A stretch of 64,000 bases of DNA. It comes from Treponemataceae bacterium. GTDB lineage: Bacteria; Spirochaetota; Spirochaetia; Treponematales; Rectinemataceae. The stretch lies in NCBI GenBank assembly GCA_963678065.2, contig CAXXVZ010000005.1, positions 1,152,001 to 1,216,000 of the forward strand. Reading direction: 5' to 3'. The notes under the pieces were generated by a model. The model made no database searches and had not been told where the DNA came from. It was given only the letters and a program-made list of their open reading frames with translations. Position 1 is the stretch's first letter; every line of letters starts with the position of its first letter. Made by a program: the position numbers and the translations under genes. Positions 54,739 through 64,000 of the stretch are shown here, in pieces.

Positions 54739-55446
54739 ATGAAAAAGAGTCTTTTTCTCGTCGCGATAATCGCGCTCGCAGGAATGAGTTTTGTCCAGGC
54801 TGCAGATCTGCAGATTGAAACGCAGGTCAACGTCGCCGCCCCGGACGACGCCAACAACTATGCAACCTTCATCGGGCCCGTCGGCGCGGTAACCAAGGAC
54901 CAGTTTGTCGCGGTAGACGCCGTTTCCGGCGCTTCCAAGCTGAAAGGGACCGAACTCTTCAACAAGTACCGCCTCGATGTCCAGAACAAGGCGACCATCC
55001 CCGGCGGGCTCCGTGGAATCTTCCTGTACGGCATCGCCGGCAACGCCACTCGCCTGAGCGATGGGCTCACCGTCCTGAAAGCCGCCGACGGGACCATCGT
55101 GATCCGCACCGTACATCGCGGGACGGCCTACGAGGTTTCCACGGATACATCCGGAATCCTCGCCCTCCCCACGAACTCCATCATGTCGAGGAAAATAGGC
55201 CACACCGACAACCAGATTTCCACCGATTTCTCCACCACCGGCAAGGTCGCCGATGTCGCCTGGGTGAAGGTCTGGGACGCATCGATCGCGGACGGGAAAG
55301 TCGTCGGAACCACGAGCTCCAAGACCGGAAAGATCGCCCCCGATCTCGCCAATTCCAATTTGTTCTATTATCAGGGAAACCTCCAGGTTACCTTCGAGAA
55401 CAACATTCTGAAGATCAAGGGTTCTCTCGACGCGAAGAAGAAGTAA
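54739..55446 (+). CDS. Secreted/periplasmic hypothetical protein with a flavinylation-like motif
   Basis: Signal peptide MKKSLFLVAIIALAGMSFVQA; DAVSGAS; AGGAGG RBS; followed by a terminator. Confidence 0.75.
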   Translation: MKKSLFLVAIIALAGMSFVQAADLQIETQVNVAAPDDANNYATFIGPVGAVTKDQFVAVDAVSGASKLKGTELFNKYRLDVQNKATIPGGLRGIFLYGIAGNATRLSDGLTVLKAADGTIVIRTVHRGTAYEVSTDTSGILALPTNSIMSRKIGHTDNQISTDFSTTGKVADVAWVKVWDASIADGKVVGTTSSKTGKIAPDLANSNLFYYQGNLQVTFENNILKIKGSLDAKKK

Positions 55447-55480
55447 TTCCGTTTACGCCTCCACGAGGCGCACAGGGAGG

Positions 55481-55518
55481 AAGGCCGCCGGAGCAGAACG
55501 CTCCGGCGGCCTTTTTTT
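55481..55518 (+). terminator. Intrinsic terminator
   Basis: AAGGCCGCCGGAGC-AGAAC-GCTCCGGCGGCC followed by T7. Confidence 0.85.
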
Positions 55519-55631
55519 CGACCTGCAATGCAAAGCTGCCCCGCGCTGCGATTCGCTTCGCCGCCACGAACTTCGGGCGGGGGCGAGAAATTGAATTTGA
55601 CTATTTGAACATTCGATACAATAATTTAAAT

Positions 55632-56213
55632 ATGCCGAGAAACGACACCCGAAAATCCATCCTTGATACCGCGCGCCTCCTGTTCGCGGAGAAAGGTCCG
55701 CGGAACACCACACTGGATGACATAGCCCGGAAAATGCACCGGACAAAGACCTTCCTGTACCACTATTTCGAATCCAAGGATGAACTCCTGCACAGCCTGA
55801 TCGATGTCGAGGGAGAAGAGTATGAACGAGAGGTGCGGATGGCGGTCGACGGGGAACACACGGGAGAAACGAAGCTCCGCTCGTATGTGACGACGCGGTT
55901 CGGAATTTTCAACCGCATCGGCGCATTCTACTGGACATCGCGGGAACGCTATCTGGAACAGTACGCGCTTATCGAGAGCGCGAGGGAAAAATTCGATCTG
56001 TTCGAAATCCAGCTCGTGGCGTCGATCCTGTCCGAAGGCGTGATTCGGGGAGAATTCGATATCCCCGATGTGGCGCTTGTCGCACGGGCCTTCATCATCG
56101 CGCTGAAGGGATTCGAGGTGGAATCGACGACTCAGGGCGACGCGAGTCATGAAAAGACATTCGACGCGCTTCTGACGATCTTTTTCCATGGAATCGAGGT
56201 GCGCGCGAAGTAG
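55632..56213 (+). CDS. TetR/AcrR-family transcriptional regulator
   Basis: ILDTARLLFAEKG...TTLDDIA...LYHYFESKDELL. Confidence 0.9.
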   Translation: MPRNDTRKSILDTARLLFAEKGPRNTTLDDIARKMHRTKTFLYHYFESKDELLHSLIDVEGEEYEREVRMAVDGEHTGETKLRSYVTTRFGIFNRIGAFYWTSRERYLEQYALIESAREKFDLFEIQLVASILSEGVIRGEFDIPDVALVARAFIIALKGFEVESTTQGDASHEKTFDALLTIFFHGIEVRAK

Positions 56214-56341
56214 ATCGGCGGCTGGAAACCCACAGAGCGCAGGTTCCGGATGGATGAACGTACCGCCTCGTGATCCAAGGATCGAGGCCGCGAGAATTTC
56301 CGGGGCGCTTGGGTCGTCGGATTCGGAAGGAGGCATGATGG

Positions 56342-57154
56342 ATGAAGCGAAACGGAAAAGCGATCATCGCAAGCCTTTTCGGGGTGCTTTTGTTTGGAGT
56401 GGGAGCGGTCGAGCAGAAAGGCGTCGATGAGGAAACGATCAATCGCGTCGACAGTGAATATGAGCGCGCTCTGCGGGAGAACTATCGTCCGGAGGGGCTC
56501 TTTCTCATGAAGGAATCGCTTGATGCGTGCACGAAGAACCTCGACGCAAATCCGGCATGCTATGACCTTCTGTGGAGGAGCGCGAGGTCGGCCGTCGAGC
56601 TGGGGGAGGCTGCGAAGATCCTGCAGACCCGAGACTGGAAAAAGCTCTGCGGTTCTATGGCCCGGAAGGGGATCGAGTGGACGGATGCGGCAAAACGCGG
56701 CTCTCCCGACAGAGTGGAAGGGTATTTCTGGCAGCTCAAGGCCATGGATCTCATATACGACGCGGAAGGCATGCTTTCGTTCATCGCGATGGGACTCGTC
56801 CCGAAGAGTAGGCAGAATCTGAGTGCCTGCTATGCGATCGACCGGTCCTATATGGACTATACTCCTGTTCTTGCCACGGCGCTTTATTACTATAAAATAC
56901 CACCTGTTTTCGGGCAGGATATCGCCAAGGCGCTTGTGTACTACGAAGAGTATGCGTCCCTTTCGCGGTGGAGCTTCGAGTCATACCGGCAGTATCCCGA
57001 CGCCGCGGAGATGCTCTTGAGCACCAAGTCGGAAAAAAACACCGAGCGTGCACGGACCCTGCTCCTCGCGGCCTTGGCCGATCCGACGCCGCGACCCTTC
57101 TACCTCGAACGGACCAAAACTCTCCTTGCCAGGCTGGAGCGATCTTCGCATTGA
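56342..57154 (+). CDS. Exported TPR-like helical protein
   Basis: N-terminal signal-like segment; LLWRSARS and PDRVEGYFW helical-repeat pattern. Confidence 0.55.
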   Translation: MKRNGKAIIASLFGVLLFGVGAVEQKGVDEETINRVDSEYERALRENYRPEGLFLMKESLDACTKNLDANPACYDLLWRSARSAVELGEAAKILQTRDWKKLCGSMARKGIEWTDAAKRGSPDRVEGYFWQLKAMDLIYDAEGMLSFIAMGLVPKSRQNLSACYAIDRSYMDYTPVLATALYYYKIPPVFGQDIAKALVYYEEYASLSRWSFESYRQYPDAAEMLLSTKSEKNTERARTLLLAALADPTPRPFYLERTKTLLARLERSSH

Positions 57155-57255
57155 GCCAAGGGTAAGATCATATGGGGATCGACGATGGGTGAAGCGGTTT
57201 GAATGTGCCGCTTGCGCGATTCTGGCTCGAACCCTGCGGTTCGCCTTCCGGGGGC

Positions 57256-57292
57256 AAAAAACAAAACAGCCCCAGTCATGGACTGGAGCTGT
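57256..57292 (-). terminator. Terminator downstream of tRNA-Gly
   Basis: Minus strand ACAGCTCCAGTC-CAT-GACTGGGGCTGT then TTTGTTTTTT. Confidence 0.75.
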
Positions 57293-57297
57293 CGGTG

Positions 57298-57368
57298 AGC
57301 GGCCGACGGGAGTCGAACCCGCTTCTCGAGCTTGGGAAGCTCGGGTAATACCGGTATACGACGGCCGC
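57298..57368 (-). tRNA. tRNA-Gly (CCC); CCA not encoded
   Basis: GCGGCCGTCGTATACCGGTATTACCCGAGCTT-CCC-AAGCTCGAGAAGCGGGTTCGACTCCCGTCGGCCGCT cloverleaf, U discriminator. Confidence 0.92.
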
Positions 57369-57420
57369 ATTTCTGTGATTCGGCGCATGTACGGTGGAAG
57401 CCGGACATGCGAACGAAAAT

Positions 57421-57449
57421 ACTATAGCCGGCGGCCGGCGAGTCGTCAA
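57421..57449 (-). promoter_or_regulatory. sigma70 promoter of tRNA-Gly
   Basis: Minus strand TTGACG-17 bp-TATAGT. Confidence 0.65.
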
Positions 57450-57578
57450 GATGTGACGCAAAGCCGGGGTGCGGCAGCACGGAGGGGGCTCCGGCATCGG
57501 CTGGACCCCGAAAGGATGATGCCTTTCCGGGTCCAGCCGGGATGGTAAAAATGGGCGAGTATCAGTACCTCCGAAGCA

Positions 57579-58010
57579 TCAGCGGCCGTTGTTGAGGATG
57601 GCGTTGCGCTGTTTGACTTTTTCCATGAGGCCATCGCGTTTGACCATGACGCGCTCGTGGGTTCCGGTTCCAATAGTGCCAAGTTCGTCGAAGGCTTCGA
57701 TCTTGAAGCTGAAATGGTTTCCACGAATTTCGGTCAGGGTCGCCCGGACACTGATCTTCATGCCGAGGGAGCTCGGGGCGAGGTGGCTGAACGACATGGC
57801 GGTTCCCACTGTGATGAAGCCGTCGCCGTAGGGGAAGTTCGGCTTCAGGACTTTGATGGCCGCCCGGATCATGAGATCGACGTAGGTCGGCGTCGCGAGC
57901 AGGGTATCGAGGGAATCCAGGCCCATTTCTCTGGCTGTATCGGATTCTTCGATCTTCTTCTGGACCACCGCGCTCGCCCCGACTTGCAGACCGGGAATTA
58001 GTTCGCTCAT
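57579..58010 (-). CDS. Hotdog-fold thioesterase, FlK-like
   Basis: DTAREMG...LATP; TVGT...HLAPS.LG; IGTGTHER; AAGGAG RBS. Confidence 0.8.
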   Translation of the reverse strand: MSELIPGLQVGASAVVQKKIEESDTAREMGLDSLDTLLATPTYVDLMIRAAIKVLKPNFPYGDGFITVGTAMSFSHLAPSSLGMKISVRATLTEIRGNHFSFKIEAFDELGTIGTGTHERVMVKRDGLMEKVKQRNAILNNGR

Positions 58011-58066
58011 GGTTTCTCCCTTGTAGCCTTGTAAGTATGGCATCAATTCTACATCGGTATACCCGA

Positions 58067-59137
58067 TCAGGCAAGCTTCGCGCGCTCGGCCGCTTTTCGC
58101 TCTTCCGGCATGAACGAGACGTCGATGGCGGTCGCGAGGACCCGGACGATGTCCGCGCGGCTGAATCCGAGACGGGTCGAGACACGGGTCAATTCTTCGT
58201 TCAGGCCGACGCCGAAGAGGGCGGGATCGTCGGAGTTGACGGTGACGGAGAGGCCCGCGTCGCGGAAGGCCGGAAGGGGATGATCCTCAAAGCGCCGGAC
58301 GAAGGCTCCCGTGTACACGTTGCTGGTCGGACAGACCTCGAGACTTACGCCCGAGTCCCTGAGGAGAGCCATGACGCCGGGGTCCCGGATGGCCGATGTC
58401 CCGTGGCCGATTCGTTCGGCGCCGAGTATCAGGACGGCATCGCGGACGGATTCCGGGCCGGTTTCCTCGCCGGCGTGTGCGACGGTGTGGAGGCCGGCTT
58501 CGCGGGCCGTCCTGAAAGTGTCGCGGTAGCCGGATAGAGGGTTTCCTGCCTCACGCCCCCCGAGGCCGATTCCGACGATTCCCCTCTGGCCGCGTTTGCC
58601 GAGGTAGCCGAGAGTGGCTTCGAGGTTGGACGCGGCGTTCTCAGGGCCGAAAGTCCTGGATACATCGACGATGAAGGCTATGTCCGGGCTTGAGTTTTCG
58701 ATGAGCGGATCCATGATGTCCGCGAAATCGAGGAGTCCTGAGCGCAGGGCCTGCGAGGGCGAGACGAAGACCTCCATGTAGCTGATGGAGTTCGCGGCCG
58801 CGTATCGCCTGAGGTCGCCGGCGAGGAGGGCGTAGTCCTCCGGGCGACGCAGGAGGGCCTGAAGGAGGAGGAAGCGGCGGATCATGTCGTCGAGGGGACC
58901 GGGGCGGGAGAGTTCGGCGTAGCGCTCGGGCAGGTCGGAAGAGATGATCCGTCGATAGCGGTGGATGAGGGCCTCGTATGTTCCCGGACCGAGCACCGCC
59001 TCGGCGTGGATGTGAAGTTCGGTTTTGGGAAGGGCGCGGATGAAGTCGGCCGCGGCTGAAGACGAAGCATCGGCCGCGGATTCGGGCCGCGGGCTTCGCC
59101 TATCGCAATTGTTCCCGGACGCCTTCTCCTTGATCAT
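58067..59137 (-). CDS. Adenosine/adenine deaminase family protein
   Basis: LPKTELHIH; VAHAGE; ERIGHG; EVCPTSN; NSDDP. Confidence 0.88.
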   Translation of the reverse strand: MIKEKASGNNCDRRSPRPESAADASSSAAADFIRALPKTELHIHAEAVLGPGTYEALIHRYRRIISSDLPERYAELSRPGPLDDMIRRFLLLQALLRRPEDYALLAGDLRRYAAANSISYMEVFVSPSQALRSGLLDFADIMDPLIENSSPDIAFIVDVSRTFGPENAASNLEATLGYLGKRGQRGIVGIGLGGREAGNPLSGYRDTFRTAREAGLHTVAHAGEETGPESVRDAVLILGAERIGHGTSAIRDPGVMALLRDSGVSLEVCPTSNVYTGAFVRRFEDHPLPAFRDAGLSVTVNSDDPALFGVGLNEELTRVSTRLGFSRADIVRVLATAIDVSFMPEERKAAERAKLA

Positions 59138-59197
59138 GATAATTGAATGTATCGCATGGCCGCGCCGATTTCCACCGGAGCCGAGGCAGGCAGCAGC

Positions 59198-59479
59198 TCA
59201 GGTTTCGATGACGAATGATGAGTAGTATCCGCAGGGGCTGCGGGAATGGGCCTGGACGGAGTCGACGCGGGCGCCGCAGGGGCCCTGTTCCAGCCATTCG
59301 CGGAAGCTCGCCAGGGCTTCGCGCTCGCCTTCAGCGTAGACCGCGACACTCCCGTCGGGCTCGTTTTTCACGTATCCGCAGAGGCCGAGCCCCCGAGCCT
59401 CGTAGAGGGCCGAATAGCGGAATCCGACGCCCTGGACATAACCGCGGACGAGGGCAAAAAACGCCGCGTTATCGGCCAT
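59198..59479 (-). CDS. acyP: Acylphosphatase
   Basis: VRGYVQGVGFR; GYVKN..DGSV; WLEQGP..ARV. Confidence 0.92.
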   Translation of the reverse strand: MADNAAFFALVRGYVQGVGFRYSALYEARGLGLCGYVKNEPDGSVAVYAEGEREALASFREWLEQGPCGARVDSVQAHSRSPCGYYSSFVIET

Positions 59480-59557
59480 TCGGCTGCCTCCGGTTCCGGC
59501 GCGCGGCCGGAATGGATTCCCATGAGGTCCGTGAGGATGGAGCGGCGCGCTCCGGCC

Positions 59558-60190
59558 TCATCCCGGGCTTTGCTCCCCCCGGCCTCGGGCGATGCTACAG
59601 AAATCCATGACGGTCTGCATGTACTCTTCCATTTCGAAGGGCTTGGCAAAAAAAGCGTCGGCCCCTTCCGAGAGCATGGTCGCTTTGATGTCGGGCGAAT
59701 CCATCCCGGTCATGACGACGACGAAGGGTTTGCCGAAGGCCGGGTCCTGCTTGATGCGTCGACAGATGACGCGGCCGTCGATCCCGGGGAGGTCGACATC
59801 GAGCATGACGAAGCCCGGGCGCTTTTCGACGATGAGTCTGCCCGCTTCGAATCCGTCGAAGGCCTGGATGACTGTGTAGCCGAAGAATCGCCGCTCGAAC
59901 ATGCGCTTCAGGATGTTGTTGAGGGACTCGTCGTCGTCGACGATGAGGATGGTGGACCAGTCGAGGCCTTCGCCTTTGTCCTCGGCGAGTTCGTCCGGGA
60001 TGCGCATCGATCTCTCTTTCAGAAAGGCGACAAGGTCTTCGGAATAGATGCGGTATTGTCCCCCGGGGGTCAGGAAGGCCTTGAGATGGCCCGACTTGAT
60101 CCAGTTGATGGCCGTCTGGTTGACGACGCCACAGAGGTTCGCGGTCTCGAGGGCGGAAAAAATCCGGATGCGCTTGGTTGTCTTCGGCAT
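59558..60190 (-). CDS. Excisionase-type HTH + receiver-domain response regulator
   Basis: FSALETANLCGV..QTAINWI..G.LKAFLTPGGQYRI; ILIVDDD; LDVDLPGIDG; AKPF. Confidence 0.85.
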   Translation of the reverse strand: MPKTTKRIRIFSALETANLCGVVNQTAINWIKSGHLKAFLTPGGQYRIYSEDLVAFLKERSMRIPDELAEDKGEGLDWSTILIVDDDESLNNILKRMFERRFFGYTVIQAFDGFEAGRLIVEKRPGFVMLDVDLPGIDGRVICRRIKQDPAFGKPFVVVMTGMDSPDIKATMLSEGADAFFAKPFEMEEYMQTVMDFCSIARGRGEQSPG

Positions 60191-60267
60191 GGTTGTTACC
60201 ACGACAAAGAATACTGTATCGCCGGGCGGCTTGCAATTCCGGCCGTCTTCATCCTACCCTAGCCAGC

Positions 60268-62844
60268 ATGGAATTGACTGAAAGCTTCATTTCCGACCTC
60301 AAGGTCGACGAAATCGTGATCATGAAGAGGATCGCCACTGAGATCGGCATCCGCGCCGACCAGGTCTCCGCTGTCATCTCGCTCATCGGCGAGGGATGCA
60401 CGGTGCCCTTCATCAGCCGCTACCGCAAGGAAAAGACCGGCAGCCTCGACGAGGTCCAGGTCCGCGATTCCGCCCATTCCTTCGAAACATACAAGAACCT
60501 CGAGGAGCGGCGCATCGAGGTCATGCGTGGCATATTCGCCCTCGGCAAGCTCGACGAGGCCCTGTACGGCAACATCGCCAAGGCGGCGACTCTGGCCGAG
60601 ATCGAAGATCTCTGGGCGCCCTTCAAGAAGAAAAAGAAGACGCGCGGCATGCTCGCCCAGGAAAAGGGGCTCTCTCCCCTCGCCGAAATAATGCTGAAAG
60701 AGGACGGGGCAGCCGTCGAGGCGGCCGCGCCTGGCTTCGTACACGAGGACGCCGAGCACCCCGAGCTCTCCGTCGCGACTGCCGCCGACGCGATCCAGGG
60801 CGCGATGGATATCGTCGCGGAGCGCATGTCGCAGAATCCCGAAAACCGCGCAGCCGTCAAGAGCTTCTACCTCAGGACGGGCAGCCTCAGGACAGCCGGC
60901 GTCGGAGACGAGGCCAAGCGCGAGACCTCGACTTACCAGATGTACTGGGACTACTCCGAGCCGCTGGGCCAGCTGAAGCCCCACCGCGTCCTCGCCGTGA
61001 ACCGGGCCGAACGCGACGGCGAACTCACCGTCACCATCGAGGTCGACGAAGACGGCGCAATCGCGCTTCTGAAGGACCGCGCCTGGATCAACAACAAGTA
61101 CCACGCCGATGCCATCGCCGACGGCCTCGTGCGCCTTCTGTCCCCTGCCGTCGTGCGCGAAATCCGCTCCGACGCGGGCGATACCGCCGACACCCACGGG
61201 ATCACGGTTTTCTCCCAGAATCTCAAGAACCTCCTCATGTCGCCGCCAATCAAGGGGACGAGGGTGCTCGGCGTCGACCCCGGCATCAGGACGGGAACCA
61301 AGTGCGCCGCCCTCGACGAGACGGGCAAGTATCTCGATTACTTCGTCATCTTTCAGGAACTCAAGGCCGATGACGCCCGCAAGGCCATCGCGACAGCCGT
61401 CAAGCGGCACAATCTCAAGCTGATCGCCGTCGGAAACGGAACCGGCAGCCACGAAGTCCAGCTTCTCGTCGCGAAGACTATAGAGGATGAGGGGCTCGAC
61501 TGCGCCTTCACGGTGGTCGACGAGGACGGCGCCTCGGTCTATTCGGCCTCCGACATAGCCCGCGAAGAGTTTCCCGACCTCGACCTGACCATCAGGGGAG
61601 CCATCTCCATCGGCCGCCGTCTCCAGGACCCGCTGGCCGAACTCGTCAAGATCGACCCGAAATCCATCGGCGTGGGGCTCTACCAGCACGATGTCAACCA
61701 GAAGAAGCTCTCCGACAGCCTCGACGAGGTGGTGGGCTCCGTCGTCAACAACGTCGGCGTCAATCTGAACACCGCGAGCCACAGCCTTCTGCGCTACGTG
61801 TCGGGCATCAACGTGGGGCTCGCCAAGAAGATCGTCAAATTCCGCGAGACGACGGGCGCGATCGCGGGCCGCCACCAGCTACGCGATATCCCCGGTCTCG
61901 GCGAGAAGACTTTCGAGCAGTGCGCGGGCTTCCTCAAGATTCCCGAGAGCGCCAATCCGCTGGACAACACCTGGGTCCACCCCGAGAACTATTCGCTCGC
62001 CGAGGAGCTTCTGCCCATCGTGCAGAACCACGGAGACGTGACCCGCGATATCCGGGCAGCGCTGAAAGAGAAGTACAAGGTTGGCGACACGACTCTGGAC
62101 GACATCCTCGTCGAGCTCAAGAAGCCGAACCGCGATCCGCGCGAAGGCTTCCCGGCACCCATCCTCCAGAAGGGCGTCGTGCTCTTCGACGACCTCGCCG
62201 AGGGCATGACAGTGCGCGGCAAGGTCAAGAATGTCGTCGACTTCGGCGCCTTCGTCGATATCGGGATCAAGGAGAGCGCCCTCATCCACGTCTCGGAGAT
62301 GTCCGACCGCTTCGTCAAGGACCCGATGGACGTGCTCAAGGTGGGCGACGTGAAGGATTTCACGATCATCTCGCTCGACCGCGCGCGCAAGCGCATCGGG
62401 CTCTCCCTCAAGACCGAGCGGGGCGCCCCGCCGCGCGAGGGCTTCGCGAAGCGGGAGGGTTTCGCACGGCGGGACGATGCCGCGAAACCCGAGGCCGGCA
62501 CGGCTGACGCGGCCGGCGGAGGTCGGCGCGTGGTGGCGGTCAAGAAAGCCGGAGCGCCCGGCGCCGTCGGGGCATCCGGCGCTGCGGGCGGGGCGGGCAC
62601 CGGGGCCCGGCCGCCAACTGGAACGAACGGCTCCCGTAACCCGAGACCGGCGGCGGGGCGCCCCGGCCAGGATTCCGGCCGCGGGCAAGGACAGGGCGGC
62701 GGAGGGCAGGCACCGGGCACCGCGGGCGGCCAGGGACGCGGCTCACCGTATCCTCCACGGAGGGATGACCCCCGTCGCGAGAAGGATGACGACGGAACCA
62801 CCTACAACCCCTTCGCCGAGCTCCTGAAAAACAGGAAGCGCTGA
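60268..62844 (+). CDS. tex: Tex-family protein (YqgF-like, HHH, S1) with Gly-rich tail
   Basis: TVPFISRYRKEKTG; GVDPGIRTG.K; IAVGNGT; GASVYSAS; RRLQDPLAELVKIDP; NVVDFGAFVDIG. Confidence 0.92.
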   Translation: MELTESFISDLKVDEIVIMKRIATEIGIRADQVSAVISLIGEGCTVPFISRYRKEKTGSLDEVQVRDSAHSFETYKNLEERRIEVMRGIFALGKLDEALYGNIAKAATLAEIEDLWAPFKKKKKTRGMLAQEKGLSPLAEIMLKEDGAAVEAAAPGFVHEDAEHPELSVATAADAIQGAMDIVAERMSQNPENRAAVKSFYLRTGSLRTAGVGDEAKRETSTYQMYWDYSEPLGQLKPHRVLAVNRAERDGELTVTIEVDEDGAIALLKDRAWINNKYHADAIADGLVRLLSPAVVREIRSDAGDTADTHGITVFSQNLKNLLMSPPIKGTRVLGVDPGIRTGTKCAALDETGKYLDYFVIFQELKADDARKAIATAVKRHNLKLIAVGNGTGSHEVQLLVAKTIEDEGLDCAFTVVDEDGASVYSASDIAREEFPDLDLTIRGAISIGRRLQDPLAELVKIDPKSIGVGLYQHDVNQKKLSDSLDEVVGSVVNNVGVNLNTASHSLLRYVSGINVGLAKKIVKFRETTGAIAGRHQLRDIPGLGEKTFEQCAGFLKIPESANPLDNTWVHPENYSLAEELLPIVQNHGDVTRDIRAALKEKYKVGDTTLDDILVELKKPNRDPREGFPAPILQKGVVLFDDLAEGMTVRGKVKNVVDFGAFVDIGIKESALIHVSEMSDRFVKDPMDVLKVGDVKDFTIISLDRARKRIGLSLKTERGAPPREGFAKREGFARRDDAAKPEAGTADAAGGGRRVVAVKKAGAPGAVGASGAAGGAGTGARPPTGTNGSRNPRPAAGRPGQDSGRGQGQGGGGQAPGTAGGQGRGSPYPPRRDDPRREKDDDGTTYNPFAELLKNRKR

Positions 62845-62940
62845 TCGCTCCGGGGCGCGGGGCGCAGGGCATCTGTGATTTTTTTCCGGCACAATAGCAG
62901 AAACGGATGTAGAATAATCTATTGATGGAGGTTGCCGGAC

Positions 62941-64000
62941 GTGAAGGAATACGTGGATCCTTATCCGGCGGCATGTGAAGACCACGACAGTAAAATGTCG
63001 TTCGATGAATTTGTCGCATATTACCGCAAGCGTTTCAAATACTCGGGATCACTGCCGACCGCGATACTGTTCGTACTGACCGATGCTCTCGCGCTCTTGT
63101 GCAGCTTCGGGATCGGTTTTTTCATCGTGAATGCGTACAATCCCGACAGCATCAATTTCAGGTCCTTCGTGACATACTGGCCCTATCTGCCGGCCTTCGT
63201 GTTCGGGTTCTACCTCGCCCACCTCTACCCGGGGCTCAACCTGGCGCCGGCCGAGGAATTCCGCAGGTTCTGCATGGCCTCCTTCATGGGGCACCTGGGC
63301 ATCATGATTGCCCTGTTTATCGTGCACCGGCAAATAACTCCCTACACCGTCGCGTTCTGCTTCAGCTTCATCGTGAGTGTCCCGGCCATAACGCTGTTTC
63401 GGAACAAGGCCCGGAACGTTTTCAAGGCGGCCGACTGGTGGGGTATCCCCACAGTCATTTTCGGGGCCGGAAAGACGGGCCGCATGCTCGTCGACAGGCT
63501 TCTCAAGCACCAGTGGATAGGCTATAAGCCCGCCGTCATCCTCGACGACGACCCCGCGCAGGAGGGATTCTACCGGGATATCCCCGTCATGAAGGGCACC
63601 GACCTCGGGCCGAAAATCGCCGAGATCTGCGGCGCGTGGAACGCCGTCGTCGCCATGCCGGGGGTGGATTCGTTCCGCCTCTCCAAGATCATCGTCGACA
63701 ATGTCCGCTGTTTCCGCTACTACGCCATCATCCCCGACATGTTCGGGCTGACGAGCATGTGGATGAGCGTCCGGGATTTCGACGGTATCCTCAGCCTGCA
63801 GACGACGCAGCGCCTGCTTCTGCCCTTCAACCGGTTCCTCAAGAGGATTTTCGACATCGTGCTGAGCGCTCTCGGCCTCGTCGTTCTCTCTCCGCTGTTC
63901 GGAGTCGTCGCCCTCGCCGTAAAGCTGGACTCGCCGGGACCGGTCTTCTACGGCCACACGAGACTCGGAAGGAACGGCGTTCCGTTCAAGGCGTGGAAGT
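62941..64000 (+). CDS. Undecaprenyl-phosphate sugar phosphotransferase (WbaP/WcaJ type), partial
   Basis: Manual translation from GTG after GGAGG; TM segments; VIFGAGKTG; KRIFDIVLS..GLVVLSPLF...VKLDSPGPVFY...GRNGVPFKAWK; open to the window end. Confidence 0.88.
   Translation, partial: MKEYVDPYPAACEDHDSKMSFDEFVAYYRKRFKYSGSLPTAILFVLTDALALLCSFGIGFFIVNAYNPDSINFRSFVTYWPYLPAFVFGFYLAHLYPGLNLAPAEEFRRFCMASFMGHLGIMIALFIVHRQITPYTVAFCFSFIVSVPAITLFRNKARNVFKAADWWGIPTVIFGAGKTGRMLVDRLLKHQWIGYKPAVILDDDPAQEGFYRDIPVMKGTDLGPKIAEICGAWNAVVAMPGVDSFRLSKIIVDNVRCFRYYAIIPDMFGLTSMWMSVRDFDGILSLQTTQRLLLPFNRFLKRIFDIVLSALGLVVLSPLFGVVALAVKLDSPGPVFYGHTRLGRNGVPFKAWK

Noticed and set aside
57498..57539. Strong hairpin CGGCTGGACCC...GGGTCCAGCCG as a REP or ncRNA
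   Set aside because: Single copy in the window, just downstream of the thioesterase; most simply a terminator or stabiliser.

Overview
High-GC bacterial chromosome window, most likely a Spirochaetia (Treponema/Rectinema-like) organism, inferred from protein style and gene order. It spans the replication origin. Core region (~8.4-64 kb): tRNA-Ile2, rnfCDGEAB, corA, rpmH-rnpA-yidD-yidC-jag, dnaA-dnaN-recF-dciA with DnaA boxes on both sides of dnaA and a DnaA-trio unwinding motif, divergent gyrB-gyrA followed by two perfect parS sites, metK, glpK, thyX, fabD-fabG-fabF, glgX, an RpoS-like sigma70 behind a sigma54-type promoter, tldD/pmbA, tRNA-Gly, tex and a partial WbaP-type sugar transferase. 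Accessory region (~0.4-8.4 kb, at the 3' end of tRNA-Ile2): a 1872-aa Rhs toxin (signal peptide, ZU5-like domain with HFS motif, C-terminal GIY-YIG/URI-type nuclease) and an Imm26-like immunity gene. A 60-bp integron attC-type hairpin begins right after the immunity stop codon, and a second attC-like hairpin lies nearby. Both carry the same non-canonical, compensatory AAT/ATT core instead of AAC/GTT. A RelBE-type TA pair and an IS110 remnant follow. No integron integrase is in the window. The best candidate for an undescribed system is this Rhs toxin-immunity locus coupled to variant attC sites. All family calls come from motif recognition by eye; no database searches were run.
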